Origin: Antedon mediterranea | Lineage: Eukaryota > Animalia > Echinodermata | Direction of reading: 5' to 3' | DNA: 64,000 bases | Assembly (NCBI RefSeq): GCF_964355755.1 | Contig: NC_092670.1 | Coordinates: 13,130,795 to 13,194,794, forward strand | In this document: one piece after another, positions 26,484 to 38,887 of the stretch | How positions within the stretch are numbered: position 1 is the first letter of the stretch | Layout of the letters: every line of letters starts with the position of its first letter | The notes under the pieces: generated by a model | Databases searched by the model: none | Told to the model about the DNA's origin: nothing | Seen by the model: the letters and a program-made list of their open reading frames with translations, nothing else | Translations under genes and position numbers: made by a program

Positions 26484-28302
26484 TTTAACCGATTATTCTG
26501 TTTAACAGCACGCTAGACCCTAGATGTGCTAGATTTAAAGTACCGTATTTATTGAAAAAACGGCCTGGGCTGTTTATTTTTTAGGTGGACTTATTGGAAG
26601 AAAGTTGTTTATTCAATGGGACGGGGTATAATCTAATGGAAATAGACGCCGATTATTCCATATGATGTTTCATGGGAGTGACATGGTCACCGTTTATTTG
26701 AGGGGAATTTATTTAAAGATCGCCGTTTATTCGGTGAGTGAACATTGAGGTCAAATATAAAAAGTGATATTATTCTTCAAGTGTACAAAAATACATATAT
26801 GAACAATTTGAGACAAAAATTAATTCTTTTAAGACCAGTGGTTATCGAAGCATTGTCCTGACGCAAAAATTATTATTATTATTAGCAAACCCAGTCTTTT
26901 TACAGTAAATACAGGGAGTACTATATAATACGGTCGACTATCCTATGGTCATGTGTGACAATCTTCAGTTTATACCAGGCTATATTTATGTTCAATCTTT
27001 TACTTTTGTTTACAATAATGAATAGTAATTCGTCAAAGTAACGAATTAAAATATAGTTATTAATTCCTATTATACACTGTTGCAGAGTCAGGTTGTTGAA
27101 TGGCCTGGGTGGTAGTTGTCCATCCGGGGGATAGTTGTTCTAAAGGGATAGTTTTCTGGGTGGTAGTTGTCCAGGGGTTAGTTGTCCTACGGAGGTAGTT
27201 GTCCTAAAAGATTATTTGCCCTCGGAGTATTGTCCAGGTCCAGGAGGTAGTTGTCCTACGAGGAGTATTGTGTCAGAGGCAGTTGTCCGCGGGGTAATTA
27301 CCCGGGGGGGGGGGGGGGGGGTGTAATTCTCCGGGGGTAATTGTCAAGGGGTAATTGTTCAGGGGTAATTGTTCCTAGGGGGTAATTGTCCGGGGGTAGT
27401 TGTCCAGGGGGGTTAGTTGTCCAGGGGTTAGTTGTCCTACGGAGGTAGTTGTCCTAAAAGATTATTTCCCCTCGGAGTATTGTCCAGGAAGTAGTTGTCC
27501 TACGGGGAGTATTGTGTTAGAGGTAGTTGTCCGCGGGGTAATTACCCGGGGGGGGGGGGGGTAATTGTCCGAGGGGTAATTGTCCGGGGGGTAATTGTCC
27601 GGGGGGTAATTGTTCCTAGGGGGTAATTGTCCGGGGGGGAGTTGTCCAGGGGTAGTCGTCCTAATGGGGTAGTTGTCCTAAGGGGGTAGTTGTCCGGGGG
27701 GTATTTGTCCGGGGGGTAGTTGTCCTAAAGGGGTAGTTGTCCTAAGGGGGTAGTGGTCCAGGTGGTGGTTGTCCGGGGGGTAGTTTTCCGGGGGGTAAAT
27801 GTCCAGGGGGTGAATATCCGGATACGACCAAAATGTGTATTTTTCAGATTCCAGGCGAAAATCGAAAATTCATTTGCAACTACGCATCGACGTACGTTCA
27901 TACAGGGATAAAGGTACGAGTTATGTTCTCACGGTTGAGTTTACGAATTGTTTCAATTTACCAAGCAATAACCCTTGGTGTACCGCGTATAATGTTCGCT
28001 GTCGATTAAAGGGGTTTGGGTGGGGGTTCGATTGGGAGGAAGCGGTTTGGCCCGAACCATAAAAAGGGTCTGGTCACGTTTCTTTTCGCGCATAAATCTC
28101 GATCTAGGGTAGAGGGGTGAATAGGGTGACTAGCCACCTCCCTTAATTCTAAAGGGGAAAAAAAGATGCACCAAACCCACGACCGTCGCTAGGGACGCGG
28201 ATTCGACGCACTTGACTCTTTTAATTAAGAAGAGTAGGCTGGAGCTATAGTTGTGTAAATAGGCCTACATATTGAAAGAGCTAAGAGTTTAATTACTATT
28301 TA

Positions 28303-28802
28303 TACTCTAGTAGCTAGATCAACTTTCGTATGCACTTTGAGGTCCAGAGAATTTTACTTCAGAAATTGGTTTAGGATGGTCAAACAATCATTATTGGCTT
28401 GGTTACACATTTTGAAAATGTGGCGAAAGGTCAAAAGGTCAGGGTGAAAGGTTATCAAACTAAACACCAATAAATCCTTAAATCTCGTCAACCACTGGTC
28501 ACAGCGAAGTAATTTTAGTCTCAAATTGATCGGAAGGTATACATTTATATTCAGTCTAATGCAGGGTCTAATGGGACATTTTAGTTAAAAATGACCGGAA
28601 ATGACATTTCTGACCTTTGACCCACAACCCAGGGCATGTATTTATCTCCGTAACTACTGGTCGTAGACACTTGAATTTGGTTTTAAATTGTTCGAAATAT
28701 ATATTTTGTTATTTGTTACACATTTTGAAAAATGTTACAAAAGGTCAAAGGGTCAGGGTCAAGGGTTACAAAGTGCATACGAAAGTTGATCTCTACTGAG
28801 TA
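28303..28802. mobile_element. MITE with tgacctttgacc subterminal motifs
   Basis: agatcaactttcgtatgcactttg (28316-28339) is inverted at 28769-28792. Confidence 0.75.
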
Positions 28803-29991
28803 TTATGAATTCAAGAGTTTAAAAAGAAAAAGCGATTTAAAATCTTCGGAAAATACCCACAACTGAGTTATGCACATGCACTCCCACTACCAGCATCACG
28901 TTGTCTTAGCTCGCTCCTCGTACGTGTAAATGCTGACGTCATCACTCTCCAAAAATACACCATTTTCCGCCTTGGTCCGTGTGCAAGCGTTAGCGTGGAC
29001 CTGTATATTTACACCCCTGTACAGAGTAGAGTGTAATATCGTGAACTTTTTTCTCGCGTATGAAGGTTTTTTATATAATGGTATGCAGTATAAACGATAA
29101 AAAAAACGATAAACATGATGTTCTTTTATTATTATTTCATAGGCATAACATAAACATGAAATGTCTTGTTCTATGTACACGTCCGAAAAAACGTGTGTGG
29201 CGTATTTGGCATTTTATTGATTGATTGATTGATGCGATTACGGCATTCATCATTGTATACTAAATTACATTGAGTTATTCACCCGGCTATAGGGTATATA
29301 TCTGAGGTTAACAGACCACCAAAGAACAGTCGTACACTAAACACATGCACTATCGAGGAATTTTCGGAGTGCCGCATTACCAAATGTTCATTTCGTTTGA
29401 AGTGTTTTTCGATCAAAGTAGTATTATTAGTTCGTCGAAAAAGATCCGTATTAGGATATTTAGGAAGGATTTATTTAAATTTACATTATTATGTGACATT
29501 GTTATTAAATGGTTTTATAATAGTAAGATTTGCCAAATTCTGTATTTTACAAAGAAATTCTTGTTCGTAATTTCTGTTACACCTTTTAATTTCTTAACCA
29601 TGAAAATCTGAGATTGAGCTGTGATAGACATTCTACAGGTGCATGATTGAAATAAAAAATAAAATTACCTGAAAAACATAAATATAGATATATCAATTTC
29701 TAACCATTCTTTCTGCGCGTCATGATCACATGGATGGATGATTGCCGGTTTCAATTTATCATGTAGTCTAACTTTTTCCAGTGGTGAAGAGGAATGCGAA
29801 GTTAATCGCCCAGTGTGTTATTAATTAAACATTTTAACTTGCCAAAGTTATAGGCCTATTAGTTTCTTTAATAGACGCATTAAGTGCAACGGTACCTATA
29901 TCGAATCTTGTGGATTAAGCTCCACATATGTGTTATTTCTCCAATTTTATTTTCATTTTATTCAGAGTACTTTAATAAGTTTAAGTACGAT

Positions 29992-30062
29992 GATAATAAT
30001 AATAATAAACAGTATTTATATAGCGCCTAATGGATCACTGACCCGTCTAGGTGCTTTACATT
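29992..30062 (-). mobile_element. L2/CR1-group LINE or SINE 3' tail
   Basis: Minus strand tgtaaagcac...ggcgctatataaatactgtttattattattatt, a typical (TAT)n-ending tail. Confidence 0.55.
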
Positions 30063-32033
30063 AGACCTTAACTAATGGTAATAAACTATCCCCCGCCGGA
30101 CACCATTCCGGTATTTCTTAGTCGAGGATGGAGACAATCAATAATGTGAAAAAAAAAATGTAACTAAGCTTAACTATGCTTAACTAAGGTAAAACTATCC
30201 CCCGCCGGACACCATCCCGGTATTTCTGAGTCAAGGTTTCGGGGCCAGAATTAAGAATAGAGAGTAAGGCCCTGTTCAGACCCATGGCGTTAGACCGTTT
30301 TAGCGTACAACGTTACTATCTAATACCCTTTTTACACTATCGACTGGGAGAGGAACACGAGTTGAACTCGGAGGCAATTTCCATTTACACTAGCCAAAAA
30401 AACTGCGAGATGAACTCGAGTTGCGCCCATTTACACTACATCGATCACCCCGGTGCTGTCAATCAAATCACCATTGCGAGCGCACACGTCGTGGAACTTA
30501 ACTGACTATGGTTTAAACGTTTAAACACTGGAACATTTCGACAAATCTCATATCAAAACATAATACTCCGAATTTACACACAATTTATTTAATTTTTAAT
30601 GTAGTCCAGTGTTAAATTTTCTTTGTGGCTATTAAGATTATCATTTATTATTTTAAACATTAACCATTATTTTTCTTTTTGAAATGACTGCATTTCCGCC
30701 TTGTAGACTGTGCATAAATCAAATAGGTCTTAAATTGTTAGGTTGGCGTAAAAATAGGGTAGGTATGGTAAGTATTTAAAATAAAAAATGTATTTGTTAA
30801 TTAGCATAACAATGTATCAATGAAGGAAAATTAATTATTGTATGGTACGTTTTCAGTTCCTAAAAAAGATATCATTTTCATCCATTGAGACAGTCAGTAT
30901 TATATATTTTTTTCTCTTTTTCAATAATTAGGCCTACATAGAATCGGCCAGGGTAGAGTTACACCAATATTACATTATTTTAAGCATTCTGGTAAGGTAG
31001 AATGCACACGAACAATTTCAATATTTTCAGCAAAAAAGAAAAATCACAAATGTTTTTGTGCCTTTAAAAGAAAATAACGAACAGCACAATATATCGAGCA
31101 AAAAACCTATTTTGTTTGCATAATATATTGTATTTCTGTGACAACATGTTACATTTTCACGTCAAATGACCTTTAACAGCTCGGTGTTGAACCACAAAAA
31201 CCGTTTAGGCCTACACTTCGTGTCTCCGGTGTAGATTCGACTACACCGGAGAAGGTACACCGGAAAACATTCAGCTTCGTTTTACCCCGGGGAGAGCACA
31301 CCGGGGTGGTTGGATTTTCCCATTTACACCAGTCAATAAAAACCACAACACCGGCCCGGTGTACTCACAAGAAAAAAAACGAGGTGTAAACGGCCGTCGG
31401 AAGCCTCTATATTCACGACGTCACATATACACACGATGATATCGAGAGCGTGTATATGCCGCCCGATAGTCAGTGAATGATCGACGGCCTGGAAAGATAC
31501 GCGAAGCGTTGACACTAATACTAATTTATTCAACTAGATGGTACGCTCGCTTCGCTCGCGTACCATCTAGTTCGTGCCCACAGATGGTTCTCGAATACAT
31601 AGTAATTTCAGCGTAAAAAAAACTGGCGATTTCAAATGTACGTACGGCAGGACTATAAAACATTGTCGTTTACAGAAACAAATAAATAGACACAATGATT
31701 TATGTAGTCAACCAAAATTAGCACCTAGAAACTTGTCACAAAAATGAGTTGAAATTTGTTATTTGGACTCATTTAAACAAACCCAATTTTGTTAAATTAT
31801 TCTTTATATTTCTTTATTATCCAATCATTAACGAAATATTTTTTTTATAGGCCTATGAATAATATATACCACTAATTAGAGTAAAACATATCCGATTTAA
31901 TACTTTATTAAAACTGTCACTGTCTCATGGTCGATTGAAATAGTAAAGTACATTTAAAGACCACTAATACGTTTATATTTTTGTAATTATTAATTAATAC
32001 AAACATTGAGAAACAACTGACAGTAATAAAGTA

Positions 32034-35000
32034 TTATATTACATAGCCTATGTAAATACGCGAACGTGATTGGTTGAAACTGCATCACATGACTACCGCT
32101 GCGAGGATCGTAAATCGTATATATCCTCGAGAACGATGATATTGACTGTGTAATTTTCGCGTAATAATCGTGTCCCCTGTCATTAATCATATAAATTCTC
32201 GAGTACGATGATATTGACTGTGTAATTTTCGTGTGCAACACTCGAGTTTGCCGATAAATAAACAAAAGTCATCTACTCGATCTTGAACTCGGGTGGAATT
32301 GTCACTCCATCGCAAGACAACGTTTCATCCGCTGGGCCACAGAATTTGCTTGAAGAAAGTAATCTTCTAAACTATTTAAGCTATGCATACATAGCGCCCT
32401 CATTTGTTATAAGTCCACCCTAAATGTGATGAAACACCGTTTGTGATTGGTCAATACTCACGGTAGTAACCTAGTAACTAGTACGCGCTGAACATCCGGT
32501 GATTCGGCTCCTCGAAGATCGAGAAGAAGACGACTTGTTTATTCGGCCTATCTGATTATAATATTATTATTAATAGGCTTATTGATGGAAATTCTTCTGT
32601 TAATTTAAACGACCTAGGCCTAAGTGAATATTTTATTGCCAAGGAATCATTAATTAGTAATTATCTGTATATTATTCTTCGCAAGGTAAGGACGGTGTCT
32701 AGGCAGGCTTGTTTTAAATACAATACAAATACTATAGGAGGCCTAGCCTAGCTTCACCCAACCCAGCAGACTTGTTCTTGGCTATATAATATAACAGATA
32801 TTGCCTTTTATATCGGTTAAATATAAGATTTGACATCCCCTCGGGAATGATATTAAGTTCTCGGGGAATATATATTTCCCTCAGCTGGCGCTTCGGGAAA
32901 TATATATTCCCTCGAACTTAATATCATTCCCTCGGGGATGTCAAATCTTATATTTAACCTCTAAGCAGTCAATATCTGTATAATATTATTATGTGTTTAT
33001 AATCTAAAAGTAGGGGCTACCCACACTCACAGTGATAACATAACGTTTATTAGTATATTTGTTTATATTACATAGCCTATGTAAATACGCGAACGTGATT
33101 GGTTGAAACTGCATCACATGACTACCGCTGCGAGGATCGTAAATCGTATATATCCTCGAGAACGATGATATTGACTGTGTAATTTTCGCGTAATAATCGT
33201 GTCCCCTGTCATTAATCATATAAATTCTCGAGTACGATGATATTGACTGTGTAATTTTCGTGTGCAACACTCGAGTTTGCCGATAAATAAACAAAAGTCA
33301 TCTACTCGATCTTGAACTCGGGTGGAATTGTCACTCCATCGCAAGACAACGTTTCATCCGCTGGGCCACGGAATTTGCTTGAAGAAATTAATCTTCTAAA
33401 CTATTTAAGCTATGCATACATAGCGCCCTCATTTGTTATAAGTCCACCCTAAATGTGATGAAACACCGTTTGTGATTGGTCAATACTCACGGTAGTAACC
33501 TAGTAACTAGTACGCGCTGAACATCCGGTGATTCGGCTCCTCGAAGATCGAGAGAAGACGAATTCTTTATTCGGCCTACCTGATTATAATATTATTATTA
33601 ATAGGCTTATTGATGGAAATTCTTCTGTTAATTTAAACGACCTAGGCCTAAGTGAATATTTTATTGCCAAGGAATCATTAATTAGTAATTATCTGTATAT
33701 TATTCTTCGCAAGGTAAGGTGTCTAGGCAGGCTTGTTTTAAATACAATACAAATACTATAGGAGGCCTAGGCCTAGCCTAGCTTCACCCAACCCAGCAGA
33801 CTTGTTCTTGGCTATATAATATAACAGATATTGCCTTTTATATCGGTTAAATATAAGATTTGACATCCCCTCGGGAATGATATTAAGTTCTCGGGGAATA
33901 TATATTTCCCTCAGCTGGCGCTTCGGGAAATATATATTCCCTCGAACTTAATATCATTCCCTCGGGGATGTCAAATCTTATATTTAACCTCTAAGCAGTC
34001 AATATCTGTATAATATTATATCTAACAGTACCAACACACTTTTGATTCAAATAGCGATCAAAAGTGGTTAATACCTATTTGCAGTATTGTATAGCATTAC
34101 AATACTATTTCTGTTTATTCTCCAAGGGTCTATAAATTTACCTACTTGTGTTCAACCATGGAGGTATGCAATAATTTGGAATGTTCCATTCATCGCAAAT
34201 CAATACATTTCTATTATACAGATATTGACTGCTTAGAGGTTAAATATAAGATTTGACATCCCCGAGGGAATGATATTAAGTTCGAGGGAATATATATTTT
34301 CCGAAGCGCCAGCTGAGGGAAATATATATTCCCCGAGAACTTAATATCATTCCCGAGGGGATGTCAAATCTTATATTTAATCGATATAAAAGGCAATATC
34401 TGTTATATTATATAGCCAAGAACAAGTCTGCTGGGTTGGGTGAAGCTAGGCTAGCTAGAGCCTAGGCCTAGGCCTCCTTTATAGTATTTGTATTGTATTT
34501 AAAACAAGCCTGCCTAGACACCTTACCTTGCGAAGAATAATATACAGATAATTACTAATTAATGTTTCCTTGGCAATAAAATATTCACTTAGGCCTAGGT
34601 CGTTTAAATTAACAGAAGAATTTCCATCAATAAGCCTATTAATAATAAAATATTATAATCAGGTAGGCCGAATAAACAATTCGTCGTCTTCTCGATCTTC
34701 GAGGAGCCGAATCACCGGATGTTCAGCGCGTACTAGTTACTAGGTTACTACCGTGAGTTTTGACCAATCATAAACGGTGTTTCATCACATTTAGGGTGGA
34801 CTTATAACAAATGAGGGCGCTATGTATGCATAGCTTAAATAGTTTAGAAGATTAATTTCTTCAAGCAAATTCCGTGGCCCAGCGGATGAAACGTTGTCTT
34901 GCGATGGAGTTACAATTCCACCCGAGTTCTAGATCGAGTAGATGACTTTTGTTTATTTATCGGCAAACTCGAGTGTTGCACACGAAAATTACACAGTCAA

Positions 35001-35180
35001 TATCATCGTACTCGAGAATTTATATGATTAATGACAGGGGACACGATTATTACGCGAAAATTACACAGTCAATATCATCGTTCTCGAGGATATATACGAT
35101 TTACGATCCTCGCAGCGGTAGTCATGTGATGCAGTTTCAACCAATCACGTTCGCGTATTTACATAGGCTATGTAATATAA
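32034..35180. mobile_element. Three copies of a ~950-bp non-coding element (32034-32985, 33063-34015, inverted 34212-35180), each with a ~140-bp internal palindrome; possibly Crypton-related
   Basis: Near-identical copies with ends tattacatag.../...ctgtataata; hairpins at 32816-32959, 33845-33989 and 34238-34380. Confidence 0.85.
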
Positions 35181-35323
35181 ACGTATATTAAATCTATCAA
35201 AATAGTATTTTTTAAAGAAAATCGGCCTGTATAATTAATCTGTTCTCATCCGGTATTAATTAACTTATTCATTCATTAATTTATTCCTTCCCCGCGAAAC
35301 CTTGACTCAGAAATACCGGGATG

Positions 35324-36265
35324 TAGACTTGCCCCAAGTCTGTATTATCTTTTTTTTTTATTTATTTGTTTTTATTTCGACCGCGATTTTTGTCTGAAAA
35401 TACAGACTTGTGAAACACGTATAGAAATCGATTTGCAGACCGCAAACATCCGATAAGAATGACGTAGTTTATCATACCGTATTTGGCTATATGGGGCGGG
35501 CGGTATGTAAATATGGATTTCGAATCAACCAATGATCATTTTGTTTCAAAATTAAAAAGATCGAGTACGTACAGTGCTGAATGTACGATCGAGACTGTTG
35601 AAATATAAAATCGTAATGCCAAGCTGTTTTGTTTATTAATTGTTTAGTCCTTGGCCTAGGCCTCTTTCGTAGGTCCTAAATTCGCACGTATGACCTGCCA
35701 AATAAAACGCCAATAAAGTAGGCCTACATACCACCACCGACGGCACACAACAACAGGGCTACACCACCACACAGAACAGGACAGGGTCTGGGTGGGAATT
35801 AAATCAAAATTATCTCCGCGTAATAAATGATCCATTCAATGTTTGATTTGCGGAGAAGCTAGCCTATCATATCAAGACGAGTTTTCATGTTTTTGGGAAA
35901 AATCCCATCAAATGTTACCAGACTACTAGGCATATAAAATAATTTCTAGCCTTCAGAAACTTTCATAAATGTACCCAAGTACATACCATAGCGCATGCGC
36001 GTCATCTTAGTTGTTGAGTCTTTGAAATTCTGAAATATGAATATTAAAACGGTGTGCGAGTGAGTAGCCAATCGCATGCAGCTGAAACTAGTCAACCGGA
36101 TAATCGTATGCACCAAGAATTCTTGGTGTCAAACCACGTGACTTGTGCGTGTTTCCCCAGACGGAGTATCCAAAATCAAGTAGTATACGTATGAAACGCC
36201 ATATGTGCCAAAATATTTATCTTTTTACTAATATTAAGACAAAACTCCGTCTGGAACCCAGACTA
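35324..36265. mobile_element. Academ-like non-autonomous element with 9-bp TSD
   Basis: TAG...CTA termini with the gtctgg..ccagac subterminal palindrome. TSD accgggatg (35315-35323, 36266-36274) interrupts a repeat whose intact inverted copy is at 30190-30243. A second right end lies at 46001-46099. Confidence 0.75.
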
Positions 36266-36760
36266 ACCGGGATGGTGTCCGGCGGGGGATAGTTTAACCC
36301 TAGCTTAAGTTAGTGCATGCTTCATTTAGGCCCTGTTCAGACCCATGGCGTTAGACCGTTTTAGCGTACGACGCTAAAAGAATGTGTGTCTGAACAGTTG
36401 GGGATTAGCGTACAACGCGTCGAACAACGGTTGTAGCGTTGTAGTGGAAAACGGTTGATAGTACCGTTTTAGCGTACGACGCTACTGTAAGTCAACGTTG
36501 TATCCAATCAGAACGTTTCCTGTTATGACGCGAAACAAGGTTTGACCTAGGCTGACATGCTAGTCAAGTCGCCCCGACACAGTCGCCCCATCGCAAAGTC
36601 GCCCCAACGCAAAGTCGCCCCATCGCAAAGTCGCCCTAATACAAAGTCGCCCCATCGCAAAGTCGCCCCAAAACGTTAAAAAAATAGTTTAAAAGTGCGT
36701 TGTCGCAATGATACACAAAATAACACGGAACGTGTAGGCATAAAAGGGGAAGCGAGCGTT

Positions 36761-37332
36761 ATGGTTGATTTAGAGGAAGTAGTTTTAGCATACATTGAAT
36801 ATAAATTGACGGGGTTAATTGTTTTGGAATCACCCATCCTCCACAGTACTATTCGTGCTTGTAAAGAGTTGGAAAACAATTTTAATGTGTTAGAATTGTG
36901 TAAAGATATTTCTTCGGAAGCGCTGTATTATGTATTAGAACAAATGATGAGCAATAGAAAAATAAATGTCGGCAGACTTGTGACAGGACTCGTTGTATGT
37001 ATATGTGTTGCGACACAATGTGACACTGAATTGCAGTTAGAAAATGTAAAACGTGTCTCCTGTGGATTTTTCAAGGAAAAGTTTTCGCTATTTGAACTTC
37101 GTAATGACGATGAATCGGTTAGTATGTTTCATTTTTTGTTCGTGGGTAGTTTAACAAATATTCTTAAATTATTCATTTTATTTATAATGCGCGTGTTTCG
37201 TTTACTAATTTTTTTAATTTTTTAATTTTTTATTTTCATTCAGAATTTGTTTCTGTGTAGGAAGGGAGATGTTTTTTCAGAGTAGTAGCATTTTTAGTGA
37301 CTGGTATGGTGTTAACGCTTGTTTTTCGTTGA
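36761..37332 (+). CDS. Bcl-2-family-like protein, viral type; 154 aa unspliced (to 37225) or 142 aa spliced (36761-37117 + 37261-37332)
   Basis: BH4-like LEEVVLAYIEYKLT; BH3-like ILHSTIRACKELENNF; BH1-like EQMMSNRKINVGRLVT. A phase-0 GT-AG intron yields the tail anchor FFRVVAFLVTGMVLTLVFR*. Confidence 0.75.
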
Positions 37333-38229
37333 ATGTCTTCAGATGTTTCCTCTAGTCATCAAAACAAATTATTATGAACACCATATTGTATTGATCTCTC
37401 TAATTAATTTTAGATGTGTTATCATTTATCTAAAATGTATATTTCTCAATAATAACCATTTACTTTATAAATTTTGTAAAAATACATTTATAATATGCCT
37501 TCTTATTGAAAGTGTCGTTACATACCGTGCGTCTCAAATTTGTTTTCTTTTTATATATAAAATATAACTACTGTTACAAATACTACTGTTTAAAATAAAA
37601 AATAAAAAGTAAACAGAATATTTTTAATCACAATCATTTAATATGTATGTTTGCAATTACATTTAACAAATTCAAAAAACTTCATACACGAGTTAAACAA
37701 CACGCAAAGATCAAATTTCATTTTTTGTTGTTGATGTTAAAAACAAAATGAATTTCAATACATATTTTATTGTAATACACTTTACAAAATATAATTTTTA
37801 ATCGCAATCATTTATTATGTATGTTTGCAATTACATTTAACAAATTCAAAAACCTTTTTTCTTTTTTTTTTTAAATAAATTAGAAAAACATCATACACGA
37901 ATTAAACAACACGCAAAGATAAAATTTCATTTTTTGTTGTTAATGTTAAAAACAAAATTTATTTCAATACACATTCTACTTTAACAGAAAAGAAAAAATT
38001 AAGTAAAGTCAAGAAATAAACTTATCATGAATTAAAATAGGAAAACTACTTTTACAAATTTACACTGACATAAATTAAGTCAAAACATAATTTATTTATT
38101 TCATTAAACAAATCTATTGCAATACACTTTACAAACAGAAAATAAAACAAATTAAATTAATTCGAAAAATAAAATTATCATGAATTAAAATAGGGTAACT
38201 ACTTTTACAAATTTATAATAAAAAATAAA

Positions 38230-38370
38230 TATTAAGTGAGATTTTGGTTTACGGGTTATTTTGTTAGGATTAGTTGTTGTTATTTTTTCCAGTCCGATTC
38301 CTCGTACCATGCTATCAACTATTTCAAAATTGACTTCCTTTGATTTTTCGAAATTTAAAGTCAAACAGTA
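38230..38370 (-). pseudogene. Probable Polinton/Maverick pPolB C-terminal scrap
   Basis: TLNFEKSKEVNFEIVDSMV..ITTTNPNKITR resembles the region after the KG(F/I)TLN motif of Maverick polymerases. Confidence 0.55.
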
Positions 38371-38397
38371 TGTCTGAATCAAATTTTATACACGTTA

Positions 38398-38640
38398 TTT
38401 TTCCAAATCCATTCCCCATTGTTCATCAATAGCACTTACAAGTACCCAGTTTCGTTTGAATTTACGTTGAATGGATTTGTGTAATGTACATGTATCTTGC
38501 TTGCTCAGTCAGTCTTGAACTTGTCTCTTGGTAATATTTAAATCGTATTTTACATTTTGATAAAGTCGGTCCACACCACCAAAACTATCAGGATGCTTAG
38601 GATCGTAATATACTTTTCTTAAGTACTCATCCATACTCAT
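38398..38640 (-). pseudogene. Polinton/Maverick integrase N-terminal fragment
   Basis: MDEYLRKVYYDPKHPDSFGGVDRLY..VQD*LSKQDTCTLHKSIQRKFKRNWVLVSAIDEQWGMDL; one W-to-stop change, truncated just after the first catalytic Asp. Confidence 0.88.
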
Positions 38641-38887
38641 TACCCTCATTCACCCAAATGAAAATTAAAAAAATAAATAAAATACTTAAATATCACGCAA
38701 AGATCAAATTCATTTTCGTTGTTGTTGCTTTTAAAAGAAAAAACACAACCTTTATTTTAACACATATTCTATTTCAATATAATTTACAACCATAATAATA
38801 ATAAATTTACCGAAAAGAAATAAGAAATATAAAAATATGTAACATTAATTAAAAAAGTGTTAAGATATTATTTTAAATTTGTACAAA

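Larger units (their letters stand above)
9046..27826. mobile_element. GGACAACTACCCC-repeat DNA element(s), host of the nested Gypsy and MITE insertions
   Basis: ggacaactacccc-type arrays at 9050-9150, 9976-10055 and 25898-25970 (+), with inverted ggggtagttgtcc arrays at 27105-27820. The termini match imperfectly, so this may be more than one element. Confidence 0.55.

Noticed and set aside
31533-31572. Hairpin actagatggtacgc..gcgtaccatctagt as an ncRNA or terminator
   Set aside because: More likely a Helitron/Helentron-type terminus; element boundaries could not be defined.
31990-35191. Three-copy 80-96-aa gene family
   Set aside because: The ORFs fall inside the repeated non-coding element, lack ATG starts and end in differing flanks.
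36695-36760. N-terminal extension of the Bcl-2-like ORF and a TATA-like cataaaagggg
   Set aside because: Lies in the TE end; the start codon is non-ATG, and the TATA-like motif is too close (~20 nt) to the ATG.
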